Translations under genes and position numbers: made by a program
Shown: positions 9,570-19,315 of the stretch, in pieces
Numbering within the stretch: position 1 is the first letter of the stretch
Layout: each line of letters opens with the position of its first letter
Notes under the pieces: model-generated
The model's input: the letters and a program-made list of their open reading frames with translations, nothing else
What the model was told of the DNA's origin: nothing
Database searches by the model: none
Assembly (NCBI GenBank): GCA_965242965.1
Contig: OZ251518.1
Coordinates: 4,256,001-4,320,000 of the forward strand
Reading direction: 5' to 3'
Source of the DNA: Candidatus Poribacteria bacterium
GTDB taxonomy: Bacteria > Poribacteria > WGA-4E > WGA-3G
Length of the DNA stretch: 64,000 bases

Positions 9570-9960
9570 TTTTTTCACCGTAGCGCGGGGGCCTGTCCCC
9601 CGCGATCGCCCGCGGGCCCAGTGACCGTAGTTCGGGATCGCCTGATCCCGAACGGCGCATAGCGAAGAACCCCTTCTTGGCCCGTAGCGCGGGGGCCTGT
9701 CCCCCGCGAGCGTTGATCTACGCGAAAAACGCACGCCAGCCAAGGCCATTCCCTGGTCCGATCGAGGCATGGCGAGGGAAACCCTCTCGTATGCGCGTGT
9801 GGCATCCGAGGGCCCTCGCTCTACGGTAATCGGCACGTTTTTCCCCCGAGATCGTTCGCGTGCCCGATAGCATGGCGAGGGACAGGCCCTCGCCCTACGG
9901 GGCCGGGGAGCGTTCTTAGTACCGTAGCGCGGGGGCCTGTCCCCCGCGATCTCCAGCGGG
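9570..9960. repeat. Composite REP-like cluster
   Basis: Several A/B hairpins and GTAG-TTCGGGATCGCCTGATCCCGAA. Confidence 0.9.
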
Positions 9961-9969
9961 CCAGAATTG

Positions 9970-11511
9970 CTACCGATTATCAGGAATTTGCGTAGGAACA
10001 GCATCTCCCAAACAGAAAATATACCGGCCGCTTGAACCAATGTAAAGTTTCCCATTGGCAATAGCAGGCGATGAATAAAATTGGATCCCGCGCCCAACAC
10101 CACGAACATACCGGACATCAAACTCCCACAGCACCTCGCCGGTTTCAAAGGCGAGCGCATAGACATGCCCAGTGTTGCTTCCGACATAGACTGCGTCCGG
10201 TGTGACAGCCGGTGAGGAAACAATCGGGCCTCCAAGGAAAGTTTTCCAGATGAGTTCCCCATCGGCTGCAGCGAGAGTATAAACGTGTCCATCGCGGGAA
10301 CCGAAAGTCACCTTTCCATCGCGGTTCGCTATAGCCGTGTGGACAGCATCTTTTGCCTCGTATTCCCACACTATCTCGCCAGTCTCGGCGTGAAGCGCGA
10401 CGGCTTTACCTCTGGCGAGCGGCGCGCTTTCAGAGAAATTCCCCGTTCCTGTCCCAAAGAATACGAGGTTTTCATGGACACTCGGACTCCCCCAGACAGG
10501 ATACGCCATCTGTTTCGTCCAGATTTCTTTGCCTGTCTGTGCCGCAACGGCATACACGCGGTAGTCGCCATAGCCGGTGCCGAAGTAAACTTTCCCGGCG
10601 TGGACAACAGGCGCGATGTCGGCGTGGACATCAGGATAGTGCCAAATCTCCTGGCCCTCCAGCGCATCGATACAATACACGCCATCTCCACCGGCGGTAA
10701 AGTAGAGTTTGCCTTCGCTGATGAAAGGGGTTGACTCAACGTGACTCGTTGTCTTAAAACGCCAGATTAGCTCGCCACTTTTAGCATCAAGGCAGGTGAG
10801 GTGGCATCCGCTATCCTGATGAAATCCCTCGCCGATGTAGACACGGCCGCCGGCAACGGCAGGCGAAGAGAAAATCGGGATTTCGGAGGCGTGCCGCCAA
10901 AGCACTTCACCGGTATCCGCATCAAGGCAGTATGTCGCACCGCCGATGGAGAAAATCGAACCTTGCGATGCACCGATATAGAGCCGATTGCCCACAACCG
11001 CCGGCGACGACGAAAAGTCAACTGCCACCGAACCAGGGGCATTGCAAACCCACGCGACGTTTCCGCTGGTCGGACCGGGGAGTTCATCGGCGTGGCCGGT
11101 GCGGGTTGCGCCATTGCGGAAAGTTATCCAAGGCCGCATTGCCGCCGTGCTAAGCTGCGGCGTGTGTGAACGCGCAGTCGGTGCAGGCTGCAGGGACATC
11201 GTCACGAGTTGATACGTTCCCCACGCGAGGCTGAGGAGGATAACCAGACTCAACACCGATGTGAGGACTTTGTGCGCCGCTGCGAAATCGCGCAACCGGT
11301 AGAGGAGCATTTTCAGTGTATCCCGCGCGAACACGAGTGCCGTTATCAACGCGATGCCGACAAACGCCAGTATCTGTGGTATCAGACCGAGGAGTGCCGA
11401 CAGCGGTCCGAGCAGTTGCGGAATTACTGCCTCCGCCGGCTTCGCGAAGCGCGTCAAGGCGAGGAGGCACATTAGTGACAAGACGAAGATGATTTTTCTC
11501 ATTTTTCTCAT
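9970..11511 (-). CDS. PQQ-like (BamB-type) beta-propeller repeat protein with N-terminal membrane segments
   Basis: Repeated SSPAV..G.VY.G..DG..YCLDA.TGE..W blades; signal peptide plus two hydrophobic segments. Confidence 0.85.
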   Translation of the reverse strand: MRKMRKIIFVLSLMCLLALTRFAKPAEAVIPQLLGPLSALLGLIPQILAFVGIALITALVFARDTLKMLLYRLRDFAAAHKVLTSVLSLVILLSLAWGTYQLVTMSLQPAPTARSHTPQLSTAAMRPWITFRNGATRTGHADELPGPTSGNVAWVCNAPGSVAVDFSSSPAVVGNRLYIGASQGSIFSIGGATYCLDADTGEVLWRHASEIPIFSSPAVAGGRVYIGEGFHQDSGCHLTCLDAKSGELIWRFKTTSHVESTPFISEGKLYFTAGGDGVYCIDALEGQEIWHYPDVHADIAPVVHAGKVYFGTGYGDYRVYAVAAQTGKEIWTKQMAYPVWGSPSVHENLVFFGTGTGNFSESAPLARGKAVALHAETGEIVWEYEAKDAVHTAIANRDGKVTFGSRDGHVYTLAAADGELIWKTFLGGPIVSSPAVTPDAVYVGSNTGHVYALAFETGEVLWEFDVRYVRGVGRGIQFYSSPAIANGKLYIGSSGRYIFCLGDAVPTQIPDNR

Positions 11512-11543
11512 TTTTTTTCGTGTTGCGTTACCCCACGCTTATT

Positions 11544-11839
11544 GAGGGTGTTCCATAAATCGCTCAATGTCGCGGTGACAGGCCCCGCGCTGCGGTGAAA
11601 AAAACGCCGCCCCTTCACGTAGGGCTTGGGCCCTCGCCTGCCACACGCGCAGGCGAGCGGGTTCCCCTCGCCATGCGTTTGGCTGTCAGCCCGCCTCACA
11701 CCTGTAGTTCAGGATCGCCTGATCCTGAACCGTTCGGGAGCAGGCGCTCCCGAACTACAGAAGTGGGCCCGATGCCTGCCGGTATTCGCCCGCCCTCCAA
11801 GGCGGGATAGATACCGAAACGGAGTTATGAAACACCCTC
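11544..11839. mobile_element. Putative MITE-like composite element with terminal inverted repeats and internal REP hairpins
   Basis: Left end GAGGGTGTTCCATAA, right end TTATGAAACACCCTC (14/15 inverted match). No transposase and no clear target-site duplication. Confidence 0.55.
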
Positions 11840-11841
11840 GC

Positions 11842-12993
11842 CTATTGGGCATCCGCCAGAAAATCAAGGGCGAAATGCAACAGGTTCTCTAGCATCGCCC
11901 GATTCCGAGAAACGTTTGACTCCCTGCCGTTGTGAAGGCTCGTGATGAGATACATGCCTTTTCCATGCCTCAGCGTCGCCACCACGATTTCCTTTCCGTT
12001 CTCGGTTGTTGCAAGCACCTTGTATTTTTTGTTCCACCCGTTCCAGCCATCGTCTATTGCGACTTTACCAGACCGGATGCGGTTCGGTTTCTTGAAGAGT
12101 TGTCCGGCTGCCGCTGTCGGTGTGAAATCGCGCCGCGAGGGACTTTCTACACCGCGGAGCGGCTCTGGTAACCATCCTGTCTCACAGGGCCGATTTTTAT
12201 CGCTATCCTGTCCGGAAACGATGACAACGCCGCCGTTTTTGACGAAGTCTCTGATGCGCTTTTCTTGGCGGGCATGGAGATGGTATTTATCTGCTGAGAG
12301 GGCGCGGAAGCCAAGCCACAGGATATTCGCGCCGCTGAGCCCGGGCAAACTCCTGTCCCCGGTGGCATCGTAGGCGACATGCAGTTCGCTCGCGATGCGA
12401 GAAATCGCTTGGTGTTCAATACGAGACGTGTCCGCCCTGAGTAAGAGGAGACGCGTCGCGCCCGGGTCGGAAATGCTTTCTTCCGGAGACTCGCGCAACA
12501 TCGTCCGCAATTCTTCCTGAAACTTCGGCGTTGAGGTTCGTTTGGAAGACTTGCTGTCGTTCAGATATTTTTCGATGTGCGTTAAGCCCCACCATACCTT
12601 GCTTTTATCCCTCCGGTCTTGTCCTTTGACTTGGAACCAGGTGCCGTTTGCATGCACCAAACTATCAAGGCGCGCGCCCTCTTTCGCGTAAAAGACAAGC
12701 ACAGGTGTATCGCGCTTCAATAACGCCAGCACCTTTCGCGGATAGTTCGCTTGCCCAACGTCAAGCCGAATCTGAATTGTCTCAAATTCGCTCTGGCCCT
12801 TCAGGTTTTCTTTCACCTTGACTTTCACGGTTAGCCGTTTGGTGTTCACTTCTGTCACGGTGCCGGTGACGATGTTGGAACATTCTTCAACGATTTGTTC
12901 GACGGTATAACGTCGTTTGATGTAGCCTTCCGCTTGCCATACGGCGGCAATAGCGAAAAGGCAAATGAGACAAAAGATTTTTCGTTTTTTCAT
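11842..12993 (-). CDS. Secreted hypothetical protein with a C-terminal class I glutamine amidotransferase-like fold
   Basis: Signal peptide MKKRKIFCLICLFAIAAVWQAEG; C-terminal part IRDFVKNGGVVIV..GKGMYLITSL..MLENLL. Confidence 0.6.
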   Translation of the reverse strand: MKKRKIFCLICLFAIAAVWQAEGYIKRRYTVEQIVEECSNIVTGTVTEVNTKRLTVKVKVKENLKGQSEFETIQIRLDVGQANYPRKVLALLKRDTPVLVFYAKEGARLDSLVHANGTWFQVKGQDRRDKSKVWWGLTHIEKYLNDSKSSKRTSTPKFQEELRTMLRESPEESISDPGATRLLLLRADTSRIEHQAISRIASELHVAYDATGDRSLPGLSGANILWLGFRALSADKYHLHARQEKRIRDFVKNGGVVIVSGQDSDKNRPCETGWLPEPLRGVESPSRRDFTPTAAAGQLFKKPNRIRSGKVAIDDGWNGWNKKYKVLATTENGKEIVVATLRHGKGMYLITSLHNGRESNVSRNRAMLENLLHFALDFLADAQ

Positions 12994-13008
12994 GATGGGT
13001 AACCTCAC

Positions 13009-13225
13009 GGTGTTTCATAAATCGTTCAACGTCGCGGTGAAAAAACGCCTCCCTTTACGTAGGGCGAGGGCCCTCGCATGCCACATCTCTGTAGGGCAGG
13101 AGCACCTGCTCCTGACCCGTTCGGGTGCAGGCGCACCCGAACTACAGAGGTGGGCCGGATGCCTTCCCGTAGGCGAGACCTCCGGGTCTCGATTCCGTAT
13201 CGGGACAAGGATGTCCCTCCTACCG
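13009..13225. repeat. REP-like cluster
   Basis: GGTGTTTCATAAATCG end motif; GTAG-GGCAGGAGCACCTGCTCCTG and GAGACC-TCCG-GGTCTC hairpins. Confidence 0.85.
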
Positions 13226-13237
13226 TGGACGCTGCAA

Positions 13238-13552
13238 TTACTGCACCTTAACGGCGGTGCCGCTCGCACTCACCATCAACATGCTGTCCCCGATGACTTC
13301 GTAATCGATGTCAACGCCGACAACAGCGTTTGCGCCGCGCTGCTGCGCAAGTTGTTGCATTTCATTGAGCGCAGTTTCACGTCCATCAGCCAATTTGCTC
13401 TCGTAAGTGCCAGAACGGCCGCCGACTAAATCGGTAATCCCGGCGATGAAATCGCGAAAGACATTCGCGCCCATAATGGCCTCCCCGGTAACAATGCCGA
13501 GGTATTCCGTAATCTGTCGTCCTTCAACGTTATGTGTAGTCGTCGTAATCAT
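13238..13552 (-). CDS. ybjQ: YbjQ/UPF0145 family putative heavy-metal-binding protein
   Basis: [61 protein letters not shown]; RBS AAGGAG. Confidence 0.9.
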   Translation of the reverse strand: MITTTTHNVEGRQITEYLGIVTGEAIMGANVFRDFIAGITDLVGGRSGTYESKLADGRETALNEMQQLAQQRGANAVVGVDIDYEVIGDSMLMVSASGTAVKVQ

Positions 13553-13568
13553 GCAAATCTCCTTACTG

Positions 13569-14663
13569 TTATTGCGCTTTGCCGCGCGCCGCGATATCCC
13601 ACACGGATTCGACAATGCCATCGCGGATACCGTAATACCTATCGTGAAGGTTCACCGTGGTGCAGCAATGCGTCGGTAAAATTTCAAGTTTATCCCCGGG
13701 TGTGAGGGATACGCTTGCATCAGCGTTCAGCTTCCCGTGTTCTTCGGACAATCCAGCCATCTCCAACCCCTCAATGCCGAGGGGTTGCGGAATGCCGAAC
13801 TCTTTTGCCAGCACCTTCATGCCAGTGTCAACGATAACCCGTTCTGGCATAGGACGACTGACGACGGTTGCCAAGACAGTCAACGCGCACGCAAAATGCT
13901 CACCGACCCCTTCAACGTTACCGTAAGTGGCATCCATGAAGATGTAAGAACCGGCTTGCACTTCTGTCATTTCTGGAACACTCCCGGTGATGCTAAAAGT
14001 GCCGGTGCCGCCGCCGCTCATAATTGAGACAGGGACACCGTGCTTTTCGAGGTGGTGCTTCGTATCTACCAATAACTGGACAGACTGACGCGCCGCAGCC
14101 TTGCGTTCGGCGTAGTTCGGCTTGGCGACGGTGTGTCCTTCGTAACCCATCAACCCCTCAAATTGCAGGTTGGAGGAACGCAGCACGTGACGCGCCAATT
14201 CCAACGCAGGCTGCCCCGGTTCAACGCCGCAGCGGTTCATCCCGGTGTTCACCTCTATTAAGATTCGGACGGTTACGCCTTTCGCTGCCGCCGCATCTGA
14301 AATGTCCGTGACGTTTTGCGCGTTATCAACGGCCACCATAATCTCAGACTGCTTGGCGAGATTGACGAGGCGCGCTATCTTCTGCCTACCGAGGATCTGA
14401 TTGGCCACCAGCACGTCTCGGATACCCGCGTGGATTACGGCTTCTGCTTCGCCGAGTTTCGCGCAGGTAATCCCGATGGCACCGGCGGCAATCTGTTTAT
14501 GCGCGAGCATCGGCGTTTTATGCGTTTTGAGGTGCGGCCGGAGCCCCGCGTTCACCGTAGTGAAATAATCCGCCATCGTCTGGATATTGGACTCCATCTT
14601 ATCCAAATCAATCAGCAGCGCGGGCGTATCCAATTCGGTTTTGTGCATCCCTATCAGCGACAT
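13569..14663 (-). CDS. DSD1/D-threonine aldolase family PLP enzyme (fold type III)
   Basis: [19 protein letters not shown] (PLP lysine), [44 protein letters not shown]. Confidence 0.9.
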   Translation of the reverse strand: MSLIGMHKTELDTPALLIDLDKMESNIQTMADYFTTVNAGLRPHLKTHKTPMLAHKQIAAGAIGITCAKLGEAEAVIHAGIRDVLVANQILGRQKIARLVNLAKQSEIMVAVDNAQNVTDISDAAAAKGVTVRILIEVNTGMNRCGVEPGQPALELARHVLRSSNLQFEGLMGYEGHTVAKPNYAERKAAARQSVQLLVDTKHHLEKHGVPVSIMSGGGTGTFSITGSVPEMTEVQAGSYIFMDATYGNVEGVGEHFACALTVLATVVSRPMPERVIVDTGMKVLAKEFGIPQPLGIEGLEMAGLSEEHGKLNADASVSLTPGDKLEILPTHCCTTVNLHDRYYGIRDGIVESVWDIAARGKAQ

Positions 14664-14674
14664 CAGGGCACCTC

Positions 14675-15628
14675 CTAAAGTTGCTTGACAGGATTTGACA
14701 GCGTGCCGAACCCATCAATCTCGATTTCAACCACATCGCCCGCGGCGAGCGGCAAATCGTTCGGAACGATGATGCCGGTGCCTGTGGAGACGACAGTGCC
14801 GAAGGGGATGGGGTTATCCCGCATCAGAAACTCGGTGAGTTGCTCAAACTTCCAATTAATCTGGGAGGTATTCACTTCTCCGGCGTAGACAACGTCTTCG
14901 CCGCGAAGAACGGTGCAACGCATGTCCAAATCGTAAGGATTGTCAACTTCCGAAGTTGTGACGAACATCGGCCCCAAGGCGCAACAGCCGTAAAAGATTT
15001 TCGACTGCGGCAGATAGAGCGGGTTATCGCGTTCAATATCCCACGCGGACACGTCATTGCAGAGCGTGTAGCCGAGTATCTCGCCATCGCTGTCTAAAAC
15101 ATAGGCGAGTTCGGGTTCCGTCGCTGTGAGCGTTGAATCGCTCCGGATGCCGATGAAACCGTTCGGGCCGACGCACCGTGCCGGTGTCGCCTTGAAAAAT
15201 ATCTCGGGCCGAGCAGCGTGATAGACGCGGCTGTAGATATCTTGTTCGCTGTCGTCATCGCGCATGTCCGCGCTCCGTTTGTAGGTAACGCCGCAGCCCC
15301 ACACTTCCGGCGCGTCAATCGGTGCCAAGAGATGCGGGACGTTTTCATCGGGCGCGACATCTAAATCGTGAAAGGTGAGTCCTTCGTTATTCGCTGTGCC
15401 GCGTTCGTCCTCCCCAGGTGGCGGCATCAGTATCGGCGCGGGAGATGATACCTGCTCTTGGATATCCGCGAGCAACACGCCGAGGCTTATCCCCTCCTGA
15501 TAGGCGAGCTCCAACGCTTCTAGCACGCCGGGCGATTCCTCACTGGTGACATCAATCACGTCGGCATCGCGCGTGACAATCCCTACCCGTTTGCCCACCT
15601 GCGGTAGGTGAAATTGAATCAGTTTCAT
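14675..15628 (-). CDS. Fumarylacetoacetate hydrolase family protein, resembling 2-keto-3-deoxy sugar-acid dehydratases
   Basis: EVWGCGVTYKRS, YSRVYHAARPEIFFKAT, EPELA, GYTLCNDVSAWDIERDNPLYLPQSK, TGTGIIVP. Confidence 0.85.
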   Translation of the reverse strand: MKLIQFHLPQVGKRVGIVTRDADVIDVTSEESPGVLEALELAYQEGISLGVLLADIQEQVSSPAPILMPPPGEDERGTANNEGLTFHDLDVAPDENVPHLLAPIDAPEVWGCGVTYKRSADMRDDDSEQDIYSRVYHAARPEIFFKATPARCVGPNGFIGIRSDSTLTATEPELAYVLDSDGEILGYTLCNDVSAWDIERDNPLYLPQSKIFYGCCALGPMFVTTSEVDNPYDLDMRCTVLRGEDVVYAGEVNTSQINWKFEQLTEFLMRDNPIPFGTVVSTGTGIIVPNDLPLAAGDVVEIEIDGFGTLSNPVKQL

Positions 15629-16254
15629 CGTTCTCCCTCACGGCCTGCCGGGACTAAGTCAGCTTCCTCAAGAAACGCGAGCACGGCACGTGCGCATTCT
15701 TCAAGCGACAAGTCCGCGGTGTTGAGCGTCACTTCCGGTTCAAGCGGTGGTTCGTAGGGCGCGCTGATGCCGGTAAATTCTTTGATTTCGCCGGCGCGGG
15801 CCTTCTTGTATAATCCCTTCGGGTCGCGTTCTTCGCAGACATCCAGCGGACACGCCACAAAAACCTCGGCGAATCTGTCGTCCGGTAGAAGGGCGCGCGC
15901 CTGAGCCCGGTCAGCGCGGTAAGGCGAAATGAACGCTGTCATGACGATGGTGCCGGCATCGACAAACAATTTCGCCACTTCGCCGATGCGGCGGATGTTC
16001 TCCTCCCGGTCCGCCGGGGAAAAACCCAAGTTCTTGTTCAGTCCGTGGCGGACATTGTCGCCATCGAGGACATAAGTGTGGTGCTGCCGTTGGTGCAAGA
16101 GTTGCGCTACGGCGTTCGCCAGCGTCGATTTTCCAGAACCGGAAAGCCCGGTAAACCAAATTACACAGCCTTTCTGGTTCAGCAATTGTTCTCTATCTTG
16201 TGCAGTGACAGTCGTTTGATGCCACGTAATGTCGGTTGCTTTCTGTTGTGCCAA
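15625..16254 (-). CDS. cysC: Adenylyl-sulfate (APS) kinase
   Basis: WFTGLSGSGKSTLA, LDGDNVRHGLN..LGFS..DREENIRR, RDPKGLYKKARAGEIKEFTGISAPYE. TTG start at 16254 after GAGGA. Confidence 0.95.
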   Translation of the reverse strand: MAQQKATDITWHQTTVTAQDREQLLNQKGCVIWFTGLSGSGKSTLANAVAQLLHQRQHHTYVLDGDNVRHGLNKNLGFSPADREENIRRIGEVAKLFVDAGTIVMTAFISPYRADRAQARALLPDDRFAEVFVACPLDVCEERDPKGLYKKARAGEIKEFTGISAPYEPPLEPEVTLNTADLSLEECARAVLAFLEEADLVPAGREGER

Positions 16255-16319
16255 TCGATTTTCCTCACATTCAAAATTTTGAGGCGTTGAGAGGTGCCTC
16301 AATAAAGTCTACGTTATCT

Positions 16320-16348
16320 ATTATATACGATGCATTTTATGATGTCAA
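16320..16348 (-). promoter_or_regulatory. Consensus sigma70 promoter of the cysC operon
   Basis: Minus strand TTGACA-17 bp-TATAAT. Confidence 0.75.
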
Positions 16349-16380
16349 GTCTTTTTTTAGGAAAAACAGCGGCATTTAGT

Positions 16381-16940
16381 TGAGGATATTTCATATTTCG
16401 ATTTCTTCCCGGTAGGAGAGCCCTCCTGGTCTCGATGTTCCCGTAGCGCGGGGGCCTGTCCCCCGCGAGCGTTGGATTACGCGTGCACGCACGCAGGCGA
16501 GGGACAGGCCCTCGCCCTACGGTGAGGGGGCGTTTTTTATCGTAGCGCGGGGGCCTGTCCCCCGCGAGCTCCATCGTCACGATGTGTGTTTCCCCCTCTG
16601 TAGTTTGTGATCGCCTGATCACAAACGGGTCAGGATCAGGCGATCCTGAACTACAGAGCCTGGCGCGCGAACGATGGCGAGGGACAGGCCCTCGCCCTAC
16701 GGTGAGGGGGCGTTTTTTTCGTAGCGCGGGGGCCTGTCCCCCGCGAGCTCCATCGTCACGATGTGTGTTTCCCGATCTGTAGTTTGTGATCGCCTGATCA
16801 CAAACGGGTCAGGATCAGGCGATCCTGAACTACAGAGCCTGGCGCGCGAACGATGGCGAGGGACAGGCCTTCGCCCTACGATGAAGGGGGGTTTCTGCCG
16901 CCCTATTACATCGAGACCAGGAGGTCTCTCCTACCGGAAG
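16381..16940. repeat. Composite REP cluster containing a ~180-bp near-perfect tandem duplication
   Basis: About 16496-16675 repeats at about 16676-16855 with few differences. Confidence 0.9.
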
Positions 16941-17082
16941 ATGTCGAGACGCGGGAGGGCGCGCCTACATGAAAAAAATTATTGCTTGCAAATTTTTGGT
17001 GCATGGTTTAAGATATAAATCCGTGGAAGAAGAGGTGCGCGACGCGCATCTTACCTACAATTGTTCTAAAGGAGCAAACATC

Positions 17083-18105
17083 ATGAGGGACGGAAAACTG
17101 AAAGTTGCAGCAGTCGGATGCGGTGGCATCGGCTATCGGCATCAGCTGGGTTACCTCCAACATCCGGGCGCGGAATTGGTGGCAGTATGCGATATCGATG
17201 CCGCGAAGGCGAGAGCCCGCGCCGAAGAACTCGGAGTACCGAAGTGGTACCCGTCGATTCAAGAGATGCTGGCGCACGAAGAATGCGACTTAGTGGACGT
17301 TGTCACGGCAGATCATCTCCATTTTGAACCAGTGATGGAGTGCCTTGAAGCGGGGAAACACGTCATCTCCGAGAAACCACTCGCGCTTCGGATTGAAGAA
17401 GCGGAGAAAATGGTTAAGAAGGCGGAAGAAGTCGGCGTGCATCTTGCGATTGACTACAATCGCCGATTCGCACCCGGCTATGTCCAAGCGAGAAAGTGGT
17501 TCGATGCCGGTGAGATTGGGCAAACCTATTATTTGGATATGAAGTTGGCGCAGGGCGGTCCCGCCTCTACGTGGAAGGGGGAATACTACCTGCTTTACGA
17601 ACTAGAGACGCACGCCATCGATCTACTGCGATGGTTCGGCGGCGAAGTTGTCGCGGTTTGTGCGGAAATGGCGAAACCGAGGCAGCACGAAGCACGCGAC
17701 GGTGAAGACGCTTGCTATACGAGCATGGCCATCTCCTTCCGCTATGAAAATGAGATAGTCGCGACGTTGCTGGCGAGTTGGGATAGCGATTTCATTCATC
17801 CCATTGAACGGCTGGAAATCTGCGGTTCCACAGGCGAGATAGTCGTTGACAACGTCCTCACCCGTGCTACCTTAATGCGGCGCGAGAATCAGGTAGTCGA
17901 AGAATACCGGCCCTCCATTTTTCGGGACGAACAACTCGCGTTTAATGGGACGTTCGCGCTGCGAGTAGCCGCCTTAGTGGACGATTTGCTTACCAACCGG
18001 CCGCCTGAGCCGAGCGGCAGAGACGGGTTACAGGCACTGCGGATTACGGAAGCCATCGTCGAATCGTGGCAGGAGAAACGGGAAATCAAGGTTCGCATCG
18101 ATTAA
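17083..18105 (+). CDS. Gfo/Idh/MocA family NAD(P)-dependent oxidoreductase
   Basis: VGCGGIG Rossmann motif, LEAGKHVISEKPLA, YNRRF, HAIDLLRWFGG. RBS AAGGAG; promoter-like TTGCAA-17-TAAGAT at 16986-17014. Confidence 0.92.
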   Translation: MRDGKLKVAAVGCGGIGYRHQLGYLQHPGAELVAVCDIDAAKARARAEELGVPKWYPSIQEMLAHEECDLVDVVTADHLHFEPVMECLEAGKHVISEKPLALRIEEAEKMVKKAEEVGVHLAIDYNRRFAPGYVQARKWFDAGEIGQTYYLDMKLAQGGPASTWKGEYYLLYELETHAIDLLRWFGGEVVAVCAEMAKPRQHEARDGEDACYTSMAISFRYENEIVATLLASWDSDFIHPIERLEICGSTGEIVVDNVLTRATLMRRENQVVEEYRPSIFRDEQLAFNGTFALRVAALVDDLLTNRPPEPSGRDGLQALRITEAIVESWQEKREIKVRID

Positions 18106-18122
18106 ACGGAGGCGTGAAACAC

Positions 18123-18737
18123 ATGAAGAAACTTTTTTTGATTTTTGCATTAACGTTCTGGGTGCTCAGCTGCGGGCCGCCGCCGCAAACCGGAAAGTTC
18201 TATGTCCCAGAAGTCGCGACGACAAGTAAGACGCGCGCCGGACAGGAACCGGCGAGTCTCCCCGCATCTGGACTAGTAGACTTGCGGAAGATGCCTTATG
18301 TCCGCAATGTTTTCAAAACGCCGCTGCGCCCCGGCAATGGTGGCCTTGACGATATTTTCGCGACACTGCGCAGCCAAGTGGATAACATCGCGATTATCTC
18401 CAACGGTTCGTTGGATGTCCTGAAGGCATTTATCGCCGAGGGGTGGGCACCCATTGTGCTACTCCGAAGTCAACGGAGTCAGGAGGTGTTGTCCGTTGTC
18501 CGCTACAACGACAGCGCAAGCGAATTATACCTCCAAAATCCGAACAACCTTTCTGAGCGTCGGATGAGTTACGAAGATTTTGGGAAGGCTTGGGCGGCCT
18601 CGCGTTCAAAGTGTCTCTTGATTACCGCGCAGAACCTTTCGGAGGCGAAAATCCAAGAGGTTTTGGGGGGCTATCTTCCGGCGGCATCATTCGGTTCGCT
18701 CAACGTGAGAAGCAAGCGGCATGCGTATCGGAAATAA
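18123..18737 (+). CDS. Putative lipoprotein, weak peptidase C39-like fold
   Basis: Lipobox WVLS-C; LKAFIAEGWAPIVLL..VVRYND..LYLQNP..MSYEDFGKAW resembles C39-like domains but no catalytic Cys/His is evident. Confidence 0.55.
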   Translation: MKKLFLIFALTFWVLSCGPPPQTGKFYVPEVATTSKTRAGQEPASLPASGLVDLRKMPYVRNVFKTPLRPGNGGLDDIFATLRSQVDNIAIISNGSLDVLKAFIAEGWAPIVLLRSQRSQEVLSVVRYNDSASELYLQNPNNLSERRMSYEDFGKAWAASRSKCLLITAQNLSEAKIQEVLGGYLPAASFGSLNVRSKRHAYRK

Positions 18738-18740
18738 GCG

Positions 18741-19295
18741 TGAGGGGTTTCATAAATCCGTTTCGGTATTTATCCCCCGAATACCGAGCCCTCTTGGTAG
18801 GAGGGACATCCTTGTCCCGATACGGAAATCGAGACCAGGAGGTCTCTCCTACGGGTGTTTGTCGAGACCGGGAGGTCTCTCCTACGGGGAAGGCATTAAT
18901 ATGAGGGTGTTTCATAAATCGCTCAACGTCGCGGTGAAAGTCCCCGCGCTACGGTGAAAAAAACGCCGCCCTTCACGTAGGGCGAGGGCCTGTCCCTCGC
19001 CATGCTGCGGTCTACTAGAAACTCGCGGGGGACAGGCCCCCGCGCTACGGTAAAAAACGGTCCCCTTCACCGTAGAGCTAGGGCCCTCGGATGCCACACG
19101 CGCATGCGAACGGGTTTCCCTCGCCATGCGTTTGGCTGTCGACCGCATCACCTTTGTAGGTCAGGATCGCCTGATCCTGACCCGTTCGGGATCAAGCGAT
19201 CCCGAACTACAGAGGTGGGCCCGATGCATTCCAGTAGGAGAGACATCGAGACCAGGAGGTCTCTCCTACCAAGAAGGCATTGATATATGAAACTT
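18741..19295. repeat. Composite REP/MITE-like cluster
   Basis: Two TGAGGG(T)GTTTCATAAATC end motifs (about 18741 and 18902) plus multiple GTAG hairpin classes. Confidence 0.85.
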
Positions 19296-19315
19296 GCGAA
19301 TAAGGAGGTTTAACT

